From: Chiloscyllium plagiosum
Taxonomy: Eukaryota
Direction: 5' to 3'
Length of the DNA: 64,000 nt
NCBI RefSeq assembly: GCF_004010195.1
Contig: NC_057718.1
Coordinates: 7,622,787 to 7,686,786 of the forward strand
Shown: in pieces, positions 62,098 to 64,000 of the stretch
Position numbering within the stretch: the stretch's first letter is position 1
How the letters are laid out: each line of letters begins with the position of its first letter
Made by a program: the position numbers and the translations under genes
Notes under the pieces: generated by a model
What the model was told of the DNA's origin: nothing
Database searches by the model: none
Seen by the model: only the letters and a program-made list of their open reading frames with translations

Positions 62098-63048
62098 ATC
62101 ATAGAATCCCTATAGTGTGAAAACAGGCCATTCATCCCACCTAGTCCACACTAATCTTCCAAAGAGAATCCCATCCAGACCAGTTCCCATATCCTGTCCC
62201 TGTAAGCATTACATTTTCCATGGCTAACACACCTAACCTGCACATCCCTGAACACTGTGGGCAATTTAGCGTGGCAAATCTGCCTAACCTGCATATCACT
62301 GAACACGCAGACACTGGGTGTATGTGCAAACTCCACACAGACAGTCACCCAAGGCTGGCGTTGAACCTGGGCCCCTGGCACTGTGAGGTAGCAGTGGACA
62401 GTGTGGTGCTGGAATAGCAGAGCAGGTCAGGCAGCATTCGAGGAGCAGGAAAATTGACGTTTCAGGCATAAGCCTTTCATTAGACATCAAGTCTCCTGCT
62501 CCTCAGATGCTGCCTGACCTGCTGTGCTTTTCCAGTACTAAACTCTTGACTCTGACTCTCCAATCTTCAATTTCTCCTCGACTGTGAGGCAGCAGTTGAA
62601 CAGGCTGGGGCTGTTTTCCCTGGAATGTCAGAGGCTGAGGAGTGATCTTATAGAGGTTTATAAAATCATGAAGGGCATGGATAGGATAAAGAGACAAGGT
62701 CTTTTCCCTGGGGTAGGGGAGCCCAGAACTAGATGGCATAGGCTTAGGGTGAGAGGGGAGAGATATAAAGGATACCTAAGGGGCAATGTTTTCACGCAGA
62801 GGGTGATGTGTGCGTGTGTGTGCGCGCAATGAGCTGCCAGAGGAAGTAGTGGAGGCTGGTACAATTGCAGCATTTAAAAGGCATCTGGATGGGGATATGA
62901 ATAGGAAGGGTTTGGAGGGATATGGGCCAAATGCTGGCAAACAGGACTAGTTGGGTTGGAATATCGGGTCGGCATGGATGAGTTGGATTGAAGGGTCTGT
63001 TTCCATGCTGTACAGCTCAATGCTGACCACTGAGCCACCGTACTGCCC
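62098..63048 (-). mobile_element. HE1-type SINE split by an inverted P1 pair (62396-62580) and a CR1 fragment (62597-63020)
   Basis: SINE body ends ggcactgtgaggtagcagt; head tgctgaccactgagccaccgtactgccc resumes at 63021. Confidence 0.82.
62597..63020 (+). mobile_element. CR1 LINE 3' fragment
   Basis: LNRLGLFSLECQRLRSDLIEVYKIMKGMD. Confidence 0.92.
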
Positions 63049-63768
63049 TAGACAGGACATGATACTGGATCTCCTGGGTCAGAGGTAGGGACAAGAGGTG
63101 CCACCCACCCTCCCCTCTACCTTGCTAAAGCTCATTGGTTGTAGCTGTACTATGTGACTCTTTCGGGGGTGATGTCAGTTGTATGTGGAAATATGTGAGT
63201 GAGGTATCGGTGGAAAGTGAGTGTTGTGTGGAGGGGGAGGGTGCTGGTGGGGAGAGGCTATGTGATCTTTCAGGTGGTCTGCCATTCTTTGTCTCCCCAC
63301 CACCACCCACACTGTCATTCGGCAAATATCAACTCTCTTTGAGAGCAAGGGTCAGGACTGGCGAACAGAAACACAGGCAGCCTTCAGCCCACTGAATGAG
63401 CTCACACAAGCACCGAGCATCTGGGGACAGCTCACATGAATGCCATCATCATTTCCTTCTGAATGCAGACGTTTTTTTTTCTTAAAAGGGACCGTGACAG
63501 ACACATGAAAGCCTTGCAATACTGTGCAGCTATTTTTGATATAATTGTGGCTGCACTCAAGCCATCTCTGAGAGGAAGATGTACGTTTCTTTAATGCTTT
63601 TTACCGTCTGCAAAAAGGCTTTACACAGTGGAGTGCTTTCCAATTGTGTGTGTGTGTCTCACTGTTGTCAGGAGTGGTGACAGGCTAGTGGTATTATCGT
63701 TGAATTTTATTCCAGACACCCAACTAATGTTCTGGGGACCCAGCTTTGAATCCCCCCCCCCCCCCACC

Positions 63769-64000
63769 AAGGGCATAGGTCTAGGGTGAGAGGAGAAAGA
63801 TTTAAAAGCGCCCTAAGGGGCAACTGTTTCACGCAGAGGGTGGTGCCTGTATGGAATGAGCTGCCAGAGGAAGTGGTGGAGGCTGGTACAATGACAACAT
63901 TTAAAAGGCATCAGGATGGGTACATGAATAGGAAGGGTTTAGAGGGATATGGGCCAAATGCTGGCAAATGGGATTAGATTAGGTTGGGATATCTGGTCAG
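63769..64000 (+). mobile_element. CR1 LINE 3' fragment, truncated by window end (follows a family B SINE head at ~63672-63755)
   Basis: GERFKSALRGNCFTQRVVPVWNELPEEVVEAG. Confidence 0.92.

Noticed and set aside
1..64000. Strand bias of CR1 fragments (about 15 plus vs 8 minus) as a clue to host-gene orientation
   Set aside because: Sample too small, and it conflicts with the plus-strand splice-site candidates

Overview
Eukaryotic (vertebrate) non-coding DNA, almost certainly from a shark. HE1-type V-SINEs with (TAATC)n tails, CR1/HER1-type LINEs and Deu-domain SINEs point to an elasmobranch, probably a carpet/bamboo shark (inference). I find no intact protein-coding gene: the ORF track consists of LINE ORF2 remnants, SINE antisense frames, microsatellites and N-gaps. 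The window is a dense, often nested mosaic of CR1 LINE 3' fragments, a second LINE family with its partner tRNA-SINE, HE1 SINEs, L2 remnants, two Tigger-like MITEs, a probable solo LTR and simple repeats, separated by short repeat-free islands that may be enhancers or non-coding exons. The most interesting signal is a recurring set of short (~90-190 bp) Penelope-like terminal modules from three sequence families. They carry minimal type-I hammerhead ribozyme motifs (CUGANGA, stem II, then GAA plus a palindromic ACGU/AGCU and H17). They mostly insert with ~14-16 bp target-site duplications, are usually cut off right at the ribozyme, and repeatedly form inverted (fold-back) structures. One appears to enclose a CR1 fragment and another includes an inverted copy of 78 bp of non-element DNA. 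A separate ~210 bp unique-sequence inverted duplication bounded by (GA)n/(TC)n also occurs. All coordinates are read by eye, so repeat boundaries are approximate, and family names are from recall, not database searches.
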